Source: Amoebidium appalachense (taxonomy: Eukaryota; Protista; Ichthyosporea). Taken from it: 64,000 nucleotides of DNA. The stretch lies in NCBI GenBank assembly GCA_963693365.1, contig CAVNZM010000004.1, forward strand, positions 5,396,564-5,460,563, in the 5' to 3' direction. Numbering within the stretch: the stretch's first letter is position 1; every line of letters starts with the position of its first letter. Below, piece by piece: positions 14,202 through 37,880 of this stretch. Position numbers and translations under genes: made by a program. Below the pieces are notes generated by a model. The model worked only from the letters and a program-made list of their open reading frames with translations, was not told the origin of the DNA and ran no database searches.

Positions 14202-14469
14202 CTATTCATCATCATCATCCCCCCACTTGCCCAGATCCAGATTCTTGAACCTCTCCACAAACTCATCCACTCGCTGCTGACTGGGCTTGCCGCCGGCAGC
14301 GTCCCCTTGAGCTGTGGAAAAGGGAAAGTGTTAACACTCAGAAAGATATGGACATAAGGTTAAATAATTAAAAGCGGAGGAACCCTGGAACGTTCTGAAC
14401 CATATCTGAAGACAAACATACGCACACATACACACACGCACATGCGCACACTGGCACACTGGCACACGG

Positions 14470-14557
<88 letters not shown>

Positions 14558-14843
14558 GTGCAGATTATGCCGCTGCCGACAAATCCAGCCTTGCACACAC
14601 ACTGGTTGTTGACACATTCGGCATTCTTGTCACAGAACTCGCACTGTGCTCCAACCTTCTCCCCTGTGATAAAAGGTAGGGTTAGTGTGCGATATAGGGT
14701 CGGAAACAAGAGAGAAAAGTAGAGAAAAGAGAGTAAATCAAGTGAAGGTTGGGAGTTGAAAGGCTATGGTGGTGTGTAAGTGGGTGGTGGTGGTGGTTTG
14801 TGTGTGTGTACACACGTGCGCGCATGATTGTGTGAGGTTGTTT

Positions 14844-14874
<31 letters not shown>

Positions 14875-14899
14875 GGGGGGGGGGGAGGGAGGGGGGGAA

Positions 14900-14931
<32 letters not shown>

Positions 14932-14998
14932 AAGTGACCCAGGCTGCGGAGGGGAATGAGCAGAGGGCAGGGCAATGGGAGGGACGTTTTTTTTTTTT

Positions 14999-15029
<31 letters not shown>

Positions 15030-15316
15030 GGGGGTTGCCTACCAGCAGCTAGCTGATTCACACTGGCAACACTGATACGGGCATCTGGGGTAAATGCGGT
15101 CTTCTTGGGGGCATCAATTAGAGCCACCTGATTGGTTGAGAGTCAGCAACATTGGTCCAAAAAGGCAGGGCCAAAAAGGGCAAAAAAAAAAAAAAAAAAA
15201 AAAAGGCATGTAACATGTACCCTCACCATTTCTTCCGGTGCACCCAGCCCAAATTTAGACCTCGTCAGAAGGCGGCTCGTGTTCTTGCCGACCCCTCCAA
15301 CTCCTCGCACCCCCCC

Positions 15317-15352
<36 letters not shown>

Positions 15353-16286
15353 TTCCCCCCCTCCCTCCCCCCCCCTCCCACACACACACACACACACAAA
15401 CACATCACCCACAGATGTCACTTCTCACCAATCCCAACTACCATCACCACCAACCACACAAGCCAGTAACGGCCAGACACCACAAATTCCCAACAACCAC
15501 CTCCCCACACACAAACAAGCACACAACACACACACACCCAATACCTTACCCCCACTCGCACATGCACACACACGCGCACGCGCACACATCACACACACAT
15601 GGACACGCACACACACACACACACACACACGCACATACACACACACACCTGCAGCATCGTAGGTGGGCCCGTGGTCGGAACAGCAACAGTGATGGCCCCC
15701 TGTGAATCGACATTTGTAGTCGTACGTACCACCACACCCTCAGGGGGGGTCACAACAATCTTGTAAGTCTCCCCATGCTTGGCGTGCGCAAAGTGGAAGT
15801 CGCCGTTTTCGTCCGTAAGAACGCTCTCCAGGGGGCGGGCGGGGTTCGAAGAGGAGTATAGAGAGACTGGGACCCCCTCGAGCGCGTCCTCCCCTTGGTT
15901 AAGGCGGCCGTTGTTGCTGTTGTCCTTAAAGACGGTCCCCCATAGCTGCACCTCTGTACGATGTGCACGTGGTTAAATGGGTGATTAGATCGGATCTAGA
16001 TGTGGTAGATCGGATCTAGATTTCATAGTAGATGTGATGGGTTGGATCTAGATGCCATAAATGGACCCGGAAAACACAGATTGCCTCCTCGCTACACCTG
16101 TAGATGTACTGTTGCACGGAAATGCGCCCTCACCATCACTAGCTTTTCCCGTTCTATCCGTTGACGAAATTCAACAGGCAGAGAGGCTAGGTAAACACCG
16201 TTGGTGCCTCGAAAGGCAGGCCTGTGTGCTTTCGATCGTACGAAAGGACGGGTTGCATGGAAATGTGCATGCCAGACAGTGGATCT

Positions 16287-16326
<40 letters not shown>

Positions 16327-17088
16327 AGAGCAGCGGCCAGGGGGAGAGGAAGAGTTGGGGGATAGGAAAAACGGGCGGGGGGGGGGGGGGGGGGGGGGGG
16401 GGAGAGGGAGAGGGAGAGGGAGAGGGGGAGAGAGAGAGAGAGAGAGAGAATATAGAGAGAGGTTGTATGTGACGGTTGTTTCCTACCCCTGTTCAGAGCC
16501 TTGACAGCGAATTCCAGATCAACGTTTTTACCCGCCTCCACAACCACAGATCTACTGCTGTTGCCGTTCAGGAATGTCTGCTTGTTGGGGGTCTCTACGG
16601 TGACGGTATACTCTCCGGGGGGGACCTGAAATTTCATAAGAAAATTATGTGTTAGGTGTCGATTTTCAAGAGCAGGTAGGGTGGGTGGAGACGGGGGGGG
16701 GGGGGGGGGGGGGGGGGGAGCGAATGATAGATGATAGGCGTGAAGATTGAAAATGGATATCTGTATCACAACACCTGACCCCCCCCCCCCCCCCCTCCAG
16801 GGCCCCCGTCCCTCCTCCTGCCACCACTACCACAACTACCACCACCACCACCCACGCACACACAGGCACATACGGGCACACACACACACACACACATCAA
16901 CCCACCCACACACATACACACACCTGAGCTCTGAACTCGCCGAATTTATTTGTGGTGATATTGATTGGCTCCTGCTCGGTATCGTCGACGTTCTGAATTT
17001 GCACCGTGGCACGTTGGACCCCCCTGCCGTTGTCGGCATCACCCGACCCTTCCAGATCGGCAAAGACAACACCAGTGATGGTCCCTGT

Positions 17089-17122
<34 letters not shown>

Positions 17123-17571
17123 GGGCGGGGGGGGGGGGGGGGGGGGGGGGGGGTTCAGAAGAATATGTTAGAAGAAAATCGACGGAACGGATGTACGTGT
17201 GCTGCTATTGTAAAACCCGGGGGGGAAGGGGGGGGGGGGGGGGGGTTATCAAAAAAAAAAAAAAGAAGGAACCACTTATTTTTAGAAGATTGCACATGAG
17301 CTGTACGCTTGCCCGTGTAATCCAACCACCGAGGGCTCTTTTTACAAGTGCCTCTAATACAGAAAGAATGCAGCACAGGCAGCGTCATTCCGACAAACCG
17401 GGGGGAAGGAAGCGGGGGGGGGGGGAGGGGGGGGGGAGGAGGGCTAAAACGCGTCAAAAAGCATGAAATGCACGCTCACGTCGGACAACACAATGCAAAC
17501 TTTGCAAGCAAACAAAAAAATGTGCACCATAAGCCTGTGGGGGAAGGAGATTAGGGAGGAGACGTGTGTGT

Positions 17572-17624
<53 letters not shown>

Positions 17625-17976
17625 AGGGAGAGGCAGGGCAAAATAATGCCATGTGTCATCATACCTGGCTGGCCAGGGGCGATGGTGAGATTAAACTGGA
17701 CATTGCCAGTCACCGACCCAGCAGTGACATTTACGGGCACAATCGGGTCCGCCTTGCCTATTGCCTGCATGCCTGGGGCTACAATAGGAGCAACGACGTA
17801 GTTATCGACGGGTATATTTGCTGTGAATGAACCATCGTCGGAGGTGGTGGTGGTGGTGGCAAGGTGGGTTCCGTTTTTGGTTAAAAAGCGGATAACGGTG
17901 CCAGGGATGGGCTCTGAGACGACTTGGCCACGCTTTTTGGTGAACTTGAGAACACGGCCTGTCACTTGGCCTGTGT

Positions 17977-18023
<47 letters not shown>

Positions 18024-18047
18024 GGGGGAGGGAGGGGGGGCGGGGGG

Positions 18048-18110
<63 letters not shown>

Positions 18111-18340
18111 CTGAAGAGAAGAGATGGGAAGGAAGGGAGAGGAAAGAGGGGTCAGAGAGTGAGTGGAGCAAATTTGTGTCTTATCAGGAGAGCTATTTTT
18201 TCCTTTACAAATTTCACAGCTATGGACGACAAATGTGTAAACTTTTAATATTTCTACTAGTATTGTTGTTGTTCCCCCCCCCCCCCCCCCCCCCACCCAC
18301 CCCTTCTTTTGTTTTGGCTCCCACTCATTGAAATGGAACG

Positions 18341-18417
<77 letters not shown>

Positions 18418-19361
18418 TGTGTGTGTCTTGGAGGGGGGGGGGGGGGGGAGGGGGCACACACCAGTCACGGAAGCATAGAGGAAGGGCACGTCCTTGGTCT
18501 CATCCATAGCAACCGTCACGGTGGTTTTTCCGTTCGCTGGGTTGACGGGAATTACGGTGTTGGGGGTCGATGCTGAGAGAGCATATGTGCCGGGGGGAAC
18601 CTTGGCCTGAAATTCACCCTTGGTGTTTGTGGTCACGGTGATGGACTGGCCGGCGGTCGAAGCTAGGGTAATGGTGGCGTTTGCAATGGCAATGGCATCG
18701 ACTATGTCTTTGCCGGCAGTGAGGGAACCCTTGATGGTGGCTGTATTTTCGGACAAGGGGGGTTCTTTGTGAGCACATGTTCATATTCTCGCTTTGGCAG
18801 TGTGGGCTGTCGTTCTGGTAGCATTTTTTTTCAAGGTGATTCTAAAGCCAAAGATTGAAACGGCAAAGCAACACACAAGCGTGTTATGGCCATTCCGGCA
18901 ACTCGAAAACTGACGGCCGCCCCCTCCCCCCTCCCCCTTCACCCCCAAAAAAGGACCCTTTCTGCGCCTGAGGGGGGGGGGGGGGGGTTGGGGGCGGCCA
19001 AGATATGCAACCTGGAGAGGGCTATCAACGTAATAAAAACAAAAGGGCAGGCCTAGCAAGAGAAGGCCCGTGAAGAGGACGGGGTGTGAGAGGGGGGGCA
19101 AGGGGGGTTTTAATCGAATTTTCACCCATACCTTGGTGGTCCGAGTCCATGGTCAGCACCTCCACCTCGCACAGTGACAGGTATCCCTTCCTTGGCAGCA
19201 CCACCCTCACCTTCTGTCCAGTCAGACCACACTTCACCTCGCGCGCGGTGCCTGCGGGGGGGGGCTGTGTTCCCGACCTTACCGCATATTTGATTGTCAA
19301 CACGCACCTGTGTGTGTGTGTGTGTTTGTATGTGTGTGTGTGTGGGGTGTGGGGTGTGGGA

Positions 19362-19395
<34 letters not shown>

Positions 19396-20541
19396 GGGGT
19401 GAAGAGCAGGGTTAGGAGCAGAGGCTGGTAGGGCTACTAGTAACAAGGAGGCGGAAAGGGAGGGAAAAGGGGAGGGGGGGGGGGGGGGGGAGGGGATGGA
19501 GATTATGAGAGGAAGATAGAAAGCCATGGGGAAAAACCGAGGGCAATAGGGGGATTGAAAAGCAGGGGCAAAACGTGGCAGAAGAAAAAAATGGAGCTAA
19601 GCAAACACAGGCCGAATGCACACTGTCAATTTGTTCATTCAGACGTGCCTCCCCCCCCTCCCCCCCCCCCCCCCCCCCCCCCCGATCTCCCCCAACGCAT
19701 GCGCATAAGTCTTGAAATTTGTTGGTTCGGATAAATGGGTGAGCCAAGATGTGTGAGTTCTGCCTATACTTTGCAAGTGTCCTTAAAGGGGGTTTCTTTT
19801 AGACTTTCGGGTCGGGTTGGGTCAGAGGCGGTTCTAGCTATATGATTGGCGTGCTGCGCATCAGCTGCGCACCATCGTTTTGCCGGGAGCAAGGCACAGA
19901 TGCGCCAAAATACAACAAAAGGAAAAGAAAAGAGAAAAAAAAGAAATTAAGAAGGGAAGAATAATAAAAAGGCGTTTAAAAAAAGACTGCGGCTCATATC
20001 ATGATTTATACGCTGAGCAAATGGCTTGACCCGGATGTGCTGAAATGGGGACAATTAATCGGCCTAAAAGAAACCCCCTTTAAGTGTAGGCAAAGCCAAG
20101 AGCATGAAGGAAAGCCGGCGAGAAAAGCTTTGCACTTAGTGCGTGTTGGATTCCAGGTGGGTGGTGCTGGTGGAGTGGGGTAAAGGGGGGGGGGGGGAGG
20201 GGGAGCGGGGGGGGGGGGGGGGGGGGGGGGATAGGTTAAGTAGTCACACCTCAAAGCCATCGAGCTTGTCGGAGCAGCAGTCACGGCGGTTCCAAATGCG
20301 TACACCCGTCACAAACGTCTTGGCCTGTTTTGCAAATCAAGTAATGTTATTGCATGATAGCAAAGGGTGAAAAAAAAACGGCGGGGGTGGGTGGGGGGTT
20401 GGGGGGGGGGGGGGGGATCGTATACTAGACTGTCGTATCCATCCACCCAATCAACCACCAGCCCGTCCACCCGCTCTGACAAAGCAAAAAAGCTCATCAT
20501 CCACCATCTCCCCCCCCCCCCCCCCCCCCCCCCCTTTCCCC

Positions 20542-20574
<33 letters not shown>

Positions 20575-20594
20575 AATCTTCTCTCGGCAGCACA

Positions 20595-20644
<50 letters not shown>

Positions 20645-22206
20645 ATCCGAGCCATCCCTTCCCGAGCCATCCCCCCCCCCTCCCCCCCTCCCCCCACCCC
20701 CACCCTCCACCCACCCACCCACCCACCCACGTACCTGCAGGTCCACCTCCCACCACGGGTTGTCCTCGACCTTTGTGTGCGAGCACGACTGGGGCCTCCT
20801 AGTCTGGAGGTTTAGGGGGTCCACCCAGTAGATTCCATTGGTGTTGCAATCGTTTGCTTTCTCGGCCGTCCCTTCAAAGTTGACTGAACTCTGGGTGGAT
20901 GGCTTGCCGCAGGCAGAATTCTTGGGAACTGCAAAATTAATGGAAAAGGAAAATTGGAAAGAGAAAGGAGGAAAGAGAGAATGATAGGAAGAAGGGGAAG
21001 AAAGAGAGAAGGAGAGAAAGAAAAGGGTAGAAAGTAAGAAGAAGAAAAAACGGGGGGAAAGGAAAAAAGAAAAAAAGAGAAAAAAGAAGAAGAAAGAGGA
21101 AGGAGGAGAAATGAGAGGACCGTTAGAATGAGCTACCAAGTTCAACGTGTAAGTGAATCAAGACAGTCACCAAAACGCACATATTCATATGCACGTCAGC
21201 CATTTATGTTAGTTACGGCGAAACCCCAACCCCACCCCACCCTCTAAAACCAAGCACCCGGATGGGAGACAGATTTTCCGCCCGAAATAAAAAATGAACC
21301 AAAAATAAAAAATAGATAAAAATAAAATTAAAAACCTGCAAATATAGCCAAGATGAAAGCAGTATCACAACTACACATTTAGAGAGTTTCTCTTGCTTAA
21401 CGAGGCTCAAACCAACGACCACTCCTCCCCGTGGCTCCTGACTTCCGGATCCCTCCCTGTTCCTGCCGGCCTTTAAACATTTTCCCCTTTCTTTAGCCAC
21501 CTTCTTTTTTCTTTTCTTTCTCATTTTCTTTGGTTGGGTCTTTTTTTAAATGTTTATTACGTCCCCCGTCCCTCCCCCCCCCCCCCCCCCCCCCCCCAAA
21601 CAACAAAAAAAAAAAAAAAAAAAAAAAACACCTACCCGGTTCGGAGACAGGGACCCCCTCGACCTCGACCTCGCACAAGTTAAGGGACGAGAAGCGGGTG
21701 CTCTGCACCTTAACCCTCTTGCCGCTGACGTCACACTTGACGTCGGTGTAGCCTCCAGGGGGAGGGGCGGTGTTGTAGTCATCACCGCAGATGACACCGT
21801 CAATGGTGACCTGTGACGTTTGTTTGGTTTTAAGTGTCTGTTTATACCAGTTACTGGTGTTTCTTATGAAGTATTCGTAAGCGGTGTGTGATGTGTGATG
21901 TGTGATGTGTGTGTGTGATGTATGTGATGTGTGTGTGTGTGTGTGTGTGTACGTGTGTGTGTTTGGGCTCCAATATCACACGGGCGTAAAAAAGGCAAAG
22001 GCAGACACATACACTTGTACATATACACGACCAATTAGAGGGACCAAAACATCTATATACACACCTCTCCCCTTTACAATCCTCCCCCTCCCCACCAACT
22101 CAACACATAAGTATACCCTCATACTGCACCGCACACGGGGACCAACACCCCCCCCTCTCCCCCTCCTCCCTCACCAACCCTCAACTCCTCCTCCCACCTT
22201 CACACA

Positions 22207-22244
<38 letters not shown>

Positions 22245-22943
22245 TACACCCACACACACATACCCTGAATCCATCGAGCCTCTCCGAATTGTCATCACTC
22301 CTCGCCCACACCCTTACAGTGCTCACGAGGTGCATCGCCCCAAGGTCCGTCTCCCACCAGGGCTCTGCCTCCTCCCCCGTGTGCACACAGCTACCCTTGT
22401 TCACATCTCCCTCCGTTTTCCCATCAACAGCGTTGGTTGCAGCCCACGCCTGGTTGTAGAGAGACGATTGGCGTGCGGGTTTGCCTTGGGCAATGTTGTT
22501 TTTCAATGGCACCACTGTGGTCAAGGAAAAAGGTTAATCGAGTAAGAGAAAGGGACAGCTGAGGAAAAGGAAGGGAATGGGAAGTGGGGGGAAGAGGAGG
22601 GGGGGGAGGCGGGGGGCTCTAGGACAGCGTGGTGAGGCGCACCGAGACACCGACTTTGGATAAGGTGTGGAAGAAGTTAAGTGCTGTGACGTATGTGTGA
22701 GCTGCGTGTGTCGTTTGTGTGTATGTGTGCATAATAATATGTGTTCGCATGTCTGTTGTGGCATGGCCAAGCTAACCGTTTGGGCTTCCCAAAATATGAG
22801 CAGGGGTTGAGTGAGTGTTGCGGGCAGGAGATGAGATAAGTCCTGAAATGGTCTAACAAAGAAAACCACGCAATGTCTTAAAATCGCGGCAGGACAATTG
22901 CGTGCACTAAGTCATTCGAGACTTGCTCCAAAATTGTGTGTGT

Positions 22944-23024
<81 letters not shown>

Positions 23025-23666
23025 TGTGTATGTGTTTGGGTGGGGGCTTCTGGGACTAAAAGTTGGGCATAAAAAAACACAGAATAAGCACCCCCACAAA
23101 CGCTTTCACACACGAGCGCCCTAACAGCAAGCAAGCACAACAGCGAGATCAAGAACTGGGGTAAGCAAACAACCGAAAAGGGAGTAATCAAACACAGATA
23201 GGGGAAAAGAGGGAAAAAACGGAGAGTAACGCCTACCTTGTGCAACGCCCAAAGCAGCCAAGCTGACGCGGTAGTCTAACCTGTCTGCATCCTCACACCT
23301 CCCCGCCTGCTCCCACTGCTTGTTGCACACAAACTCGCACCTGTCCGGTGCTTTGAACTCATACCCGGCCTGGCACATCTTGTAGCACACACCGTTTACC
23401 ATGGTGTGTAGGTTAGCCTCTATCCAAGCCGGGTCGCACCGGCCCGCATCTGTCACTTTAACTGGAAACCTTTCGCTGTGTACAGGCGAAAGATAGTAGT
23501 CTAGGTGGCCATCACACATGTATTGTTGCCTGAGTGGTGTCGTGCAATCCAGCTCGCATTTTAGGAATTCCTTTTGGGTGTATCCTATACCACACGCACG
23601 TTTTGCAGTTGCGGTCGCTGCTAGAAGAGCAATGACCAGAGGAACGGTCTTGCTTACTGCTGCCAT
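14202..23666 (-). CDS. Secreted ~930-aa multidomain lectin/adhesin: signal peptide, 2 Cys-rich repeats, 2 F-type lectin (fucolectin) domains, 4 CnaB/SdrD-B-like domains, EGF, acidic tail. Exons 23237-23666, 22264-22514, 21636-21810, 20735-20928, 20250-20324, 19132-19307, 18462-18740, 17665-17970, 16924-17084, 16487-16625, 15649-15953, 15043-15127, 14556-14663, 14202-14311
   Basis: All junctions are GT-AG with matching phases, apart from one extra base in a 9-G run at 19256-19264 (probable homopolymer error). F-type lectin motifs [25 protein letters not shown] and LCEVEV occur twice. SdrD-B-like [28 protein letters not shown]...[40 protein letters not shown]. Confidence 0.85.
19787..20079. mobile_element. 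Non-autonomous DNA transposon (MITE), Kolobok-like, inside an intron of the lectin gene
   Basis: Perfect 16-bp [19 protein letters not shown] (19787) / CTAAAAGAAACCCCCT (ends 20079), flanked by TTAA on both sides (19783-19786, 20080-20083). AG termini with a TTAA TSD fit Kolobok better than piggyBac, which has CC-type ends. Confidence 0.75.
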
Positions 23667-24901
23667 TTTTGGTGGCAGTGCTGAGTCGCACCTTAACAAG
23701 ATGTGCTGTGCTCACCGGAAGTAACTAGATAAAAATGATATGATAGAACTCCCTAAGAAGGGCTCTTTCAACACAGCCGAATTGATAGCTCCTTGCAAAC
23801 GACAAGTCGAATTGTGCGGGAGGGTGAGAAACTACAGTCTATAACGCAATACCGTGTGGTTAAAGGAGCTCCTGCTCGTGAATAAAGCTAAACACAAAAC
23901 GCATAGAGGCCAATTGATATTGCACGACGTAATTCGGTTAGAGCACACACGGGTGTTGTTGTGTAGGCACGGTGTGTGTGTGTGTTCGTGTTGCGAGTCT
24001 GCTTCAAATGTACAGCGAGAGGATCGATTTTCAAATTATGGAGCGAAGCAAAACTTTCTTTTGCAAATCGTGGCTCTCCACTCCAGATCCCTTTTTGTGA
24101 TCTTATACGTTGTGATCTCTATACATTCACACCTTATATATCACGTGAGAGTCGGCAAAAGCAAACATCATGCTTTATTAATAACTGCTTTACTCTAGCT
24201 CTAGCTACCTAAGCGGTGTTATTTGTATTATGATCGTAAAAATTTCACTAAACCTACACCAGCAATTATATAGAGGTGTAAATTCATAAGCCGAGCTCTC
24301 GCCAAACAAGAATCTAAAATATGCGTTACCCCTTTCTCTTGGTATTATTTCACGTTCGAGGGATCGCTGATTGGCGTTTCAAGAAGTTCCTTCCTGTGTT
24401 TGGAATGCGGTGCCCCGGCCGCCGCAGTACGGCCTTTGGAAATGAAAGAAATGGTATCATAGAAAGGCGGTGTTTACACCCAAAAAATGATTCGTTTTTT
24501 TCTCATTTGTTAATGAACGACTGCCTATTTACATCTAAACTATTTAGCACATACTGTTACATATCATTCTGGATTAAGCCTGCTTTTATTGTGGTGAGCG
24601 TGGCGCAAAATCACCTCTTTTACCGGCTAGATTTACAGGCAGGCAGAACTTTGGCCGGGGTCGATTGATCGACGGCAGGCAAACGCGGCGGCACTCGTGG
24701 GCTGGCTCGGTTTGTGACAACATGAAGTCTTCGACGTGCATGGCATAATATGTACCAGAACCTGAAACTATATGCAATACACAGAGTGATTATCAGAATA
24801 GTGGGAGGAAGGGCTTGGCACCTCAAGAACTTGATTTGACATCTCCATCGTCCGACAACGACATGGGGAAGTATGCTTTCTAACTTCCAATTCAATTGGA
24901 T

Positions 24902-25699
24902 GCAGTACAGGACACATATGGCACCCGCAAGGGAGGGGGGCGGGCTGTATCTGATTGGATAAAAGGGGGGTCAGCGCGTGTTTACGATTGGGAGGGAGCG
25001 CACTGGTGCGTTTTAAGGATAGACCATTCGCCTAATATCATGCTTTTTTATTGCCGTGGGCGAAAAAAAAAAAACAGCAGTACAGGACACATATCGCACA
25101 TCCTGAAGTTCCCTGTCGGTCTAACCCTGGATCTAAAAATAAACGTCATGATTTTAATGACGTGTTTGCGCAAACCAGTTACGCCAAAAAAATTACCAGC
25201 CAGTCCGGTAGTTGAACAGTTTTCAAAAACCGAAAACTGGTCCCCCGTTTCGATCTTGCCGCTCACACACGCGGACTGACTGAAAAAGGCATGTGCCCAA
25301 AGACTTTATAAGTTGTGTGGAGAATGCTGATTGGATGATCTAAAACGCCCATATGGGGTGCTGATACTCAGGCAATGGACAATTTAAAAAAACCAGACGC
25401 CGAGTCCGGATGCAAATGCCATGCCACGTCACGGTTTGAAGAACAACCGTCATGGTGGCAAAGCAAAATAGCTAGCCATATACATGTTTTTACGTAATCT
25501 ATTTCATGGAGCTTCTATTCACTATGATAGATCAAAATGGACATGTATTTGCTGGTAATGCCATCAACGTTACAAAACATTAGCGAATACGAAGACAGAG
25601 ATTTATCGGCGATTCGAGCACGAATCGAAGCACCAATCCAAAACTCGCTTTCTTAGACTTTTTCAGTGGTGTTTTCGGTTTTGCAGTACAGGACACATA
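24902..25699 (+). repeat. Three dispersed copies of the 17-mer GCAGTACAGGACACATA
   Basis: Exact copies at about 24902, 25077 and 25683 in a microsatellite-free intergenic block. Confidence 0.8.
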
Positions 25700-26726
25700 C
25701 CTTAGCAGGCCATGCCAAACTGGCGGGAGAAACGTTGTGATCACAAGGTCGCGCAAATAAAGATCACGAGCTGAAGTCCTGCTTGTGTGCCAAACATTTT
25801 GATGCCCGTGCGGTGGCGTGCCCAGGGTAAGTGCAGCCTGTTGTGCTGGTGGATAAGTCTAGTTATCGCGCCTTTTTCAATGTTTTCCATGCACTGTTGC
25901 TTACTTGGTAGGTCTGTATGTATATCTCCGTATGTAGCTGCCAGATGAAAACGTTCTACTTCTCGCTTGTGGTTGTGCGGGAATGTGTGGAATACCGTTC
26001 ACCTTCATGTTACAGTCACGAGAATTTGTATGGATATGTGTGCCCCATCCCATTGAGCCCATAACACATGCAGATGGTGTGCCCAAGGCCTCCTAAAGAA
26101 GTGCTATCTAGGAGGCCTGTGTGTATCCCACACCGTTGAGTGATTATGTGCAATTGAGGCGGGTTGGTACTAACCATGGAAGTAACACATGCTAAACATA
26201 GGAGAAAAGCATATTGATATGGTAAGAGCATTACACATCAAACGCTTGCATTTCCAACACCATTTTTTAAATTCAAAGGTATATCCATGACTTTAAATGG
26301 CCGCCCCTTTGACCAGCTACGTAGGTAAAACCACGCCTTATTTGGGTGTCGCAGCAAAGCACATTGCAGGCGTATCCGCATGTGCCTTACATACAGAGGT
26401 TAACCCTCCACATGCTGATATGGTATTAGTACACAGGCCGGGAATATACAGCACTAGAAACATTTCGCCAACAATGGAAGAGGGCCAAAAGGGGGGATAG
26501 AGGGGGAGAGGTTAAGCAAGTTTACAAAAACTCTTCTAATATGGACTTTTTCCCCAGAAATTATACTTTGGGTTTGTGTAATCCGGAGTTATTATGTTCA
26601 GTGATCATAGTTAGGAATAAAGTAGCCTATGCTAGGCATAGTTGGTTTTGCCACTTTCAGACAGCCACGGAAGATGCCTATGCTCCTCGACGAAACGGCT
26701 AGCGCTGTTGCGCGGAGGGGGGGGGG

Positions 26727-26757
<31 letters not shown>

Positions 26758-27102
26758 AGGGGGGGGGGGGGGGATTTAGGTTGCAACCGTCCATGTCCAT
26801 GTAAGTTTGTCTAAGTTAAACTTTCGATCGACCAAGCCTGGCAATGTTTGCAAAGTGCAAACACCTGACTCTACAAATTCTTCCCCCCTCCCCCCTTCCC
26901 CCTTCCCCCTCCCCCCCTCCCGTCCATTCCGAGGCCCTCACCACCACCACCACCACCACCACCAAACACACACACATACATGTCACACACACACACACAT
27001 ACATGTACACACACGCCGAATTTCAAAGAACTGTTGCAGCAAACATGATTGCGGAAAAAGTATATTATAACACGTTATTGTGATCGCAGCTGGGGGGTGG
27101 GG

Positions 27103-27133
<31 letters not shown>

Positions 27134-28271
27134 TCGCTTTTGGTCAACTTGGGAAGTCGAGCGAGATGATAGAGACGGGGGGCGCAGGAAAATCAGAAAT
27201 TTCTTACCTCCCCTTAATCCCACCAAGGCTTCCCTGAACAACCCTTGATCTCTCTAGGTCTCTCATATTACTCATCCCTCTCCAGGCTCTCCCTCTCTCT
27301 CTCTCTCTCTGTCTCCTCCTCCCGGCCCCCCTCCACCCACCCACCCACCCATTCCCAACCCTTGCTGGCCCAGATATTGTTAGCAGGGACAGGCCGAAGC
27401 TTCAAGCGGGGCTTTGAGTCATCTTATCGATATTCATCTTATATGAGTGCCACAGCTGCCACCAGCAATGTTTGATGTCGGGTACATGTGAATCAGTGAA
27501 TCAGATGTTGCACACAGATCGCCCAAACCTCAAAACCATTATCGGTATGTAGAGGAATCCTACACTTGAAACCGGAAATTGCAAGTGTTCATAAACTAAA
27601 GCTATATTATTTGACCCGGTCCTTATATCAAAGAATGCCAGCTCGAGATCGGAACTGTGACACTAATACATTTCTACTTTCAACATAATGTTGTACAGAA
27701 TTTGCACTTAGCGGCTACTACAATTTGTCTGCCAATCAGGGGATTCAGAATCTTCCTAAAAAGGAAGTTACAGCGGTTACTGTGGGAAGACTAACAGCGA
27801 GCGACGTTTCTTGGTACGTCACAGTGGATGTCATTTGCAAAGGCATTATAATTATGCAACTCTAAGTACAAACGGAATCAAATCTTCATAACTCTATATT
27901 ACTATGATCATGGTGAAGCCTTCTACAACGGACGCGTGAATTTATGTCTAAGCACTCGTATAGGATCACACTATCTCTTCAAACCATAATACTCGTTATC
28001 CCCCTCCCTCAGTTACATGTTTACACTTGAACACAATCATTGGATTCAACAAGATCTGATACCCTGCTGTTCAAATAGTACATGAATACCCCTTCCCCCC
28101 TTCATCCCTCCCACCCTTCCTCACCCTAACCCCCCCCCCCCCTCCCCTCCCCCCCCAACCAACACCACCACCGACCACCAAAAATTTGAAATAAGTAAAT
28201 AAATAAATTCAATAGAAGCGTATAAAAATAAAAATAAAGAAGCAATAAACTTAAATAGGCAAATGAGGTAA

Positions 28272-37880
<9,609 letters not shown>

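Noticed and set aside
16098-16290. Possible extra exon in the lectin gene
   Set aside because: The flanking exons already join in phase, and the phase-compatible reading contains a stop.
19256-19264. Programmed frameshift or pseudogenisation of the lectin gene
   Set aside because: A single extra base in a 9-G run, with all other exons intact, is most simply a homopolymer error.
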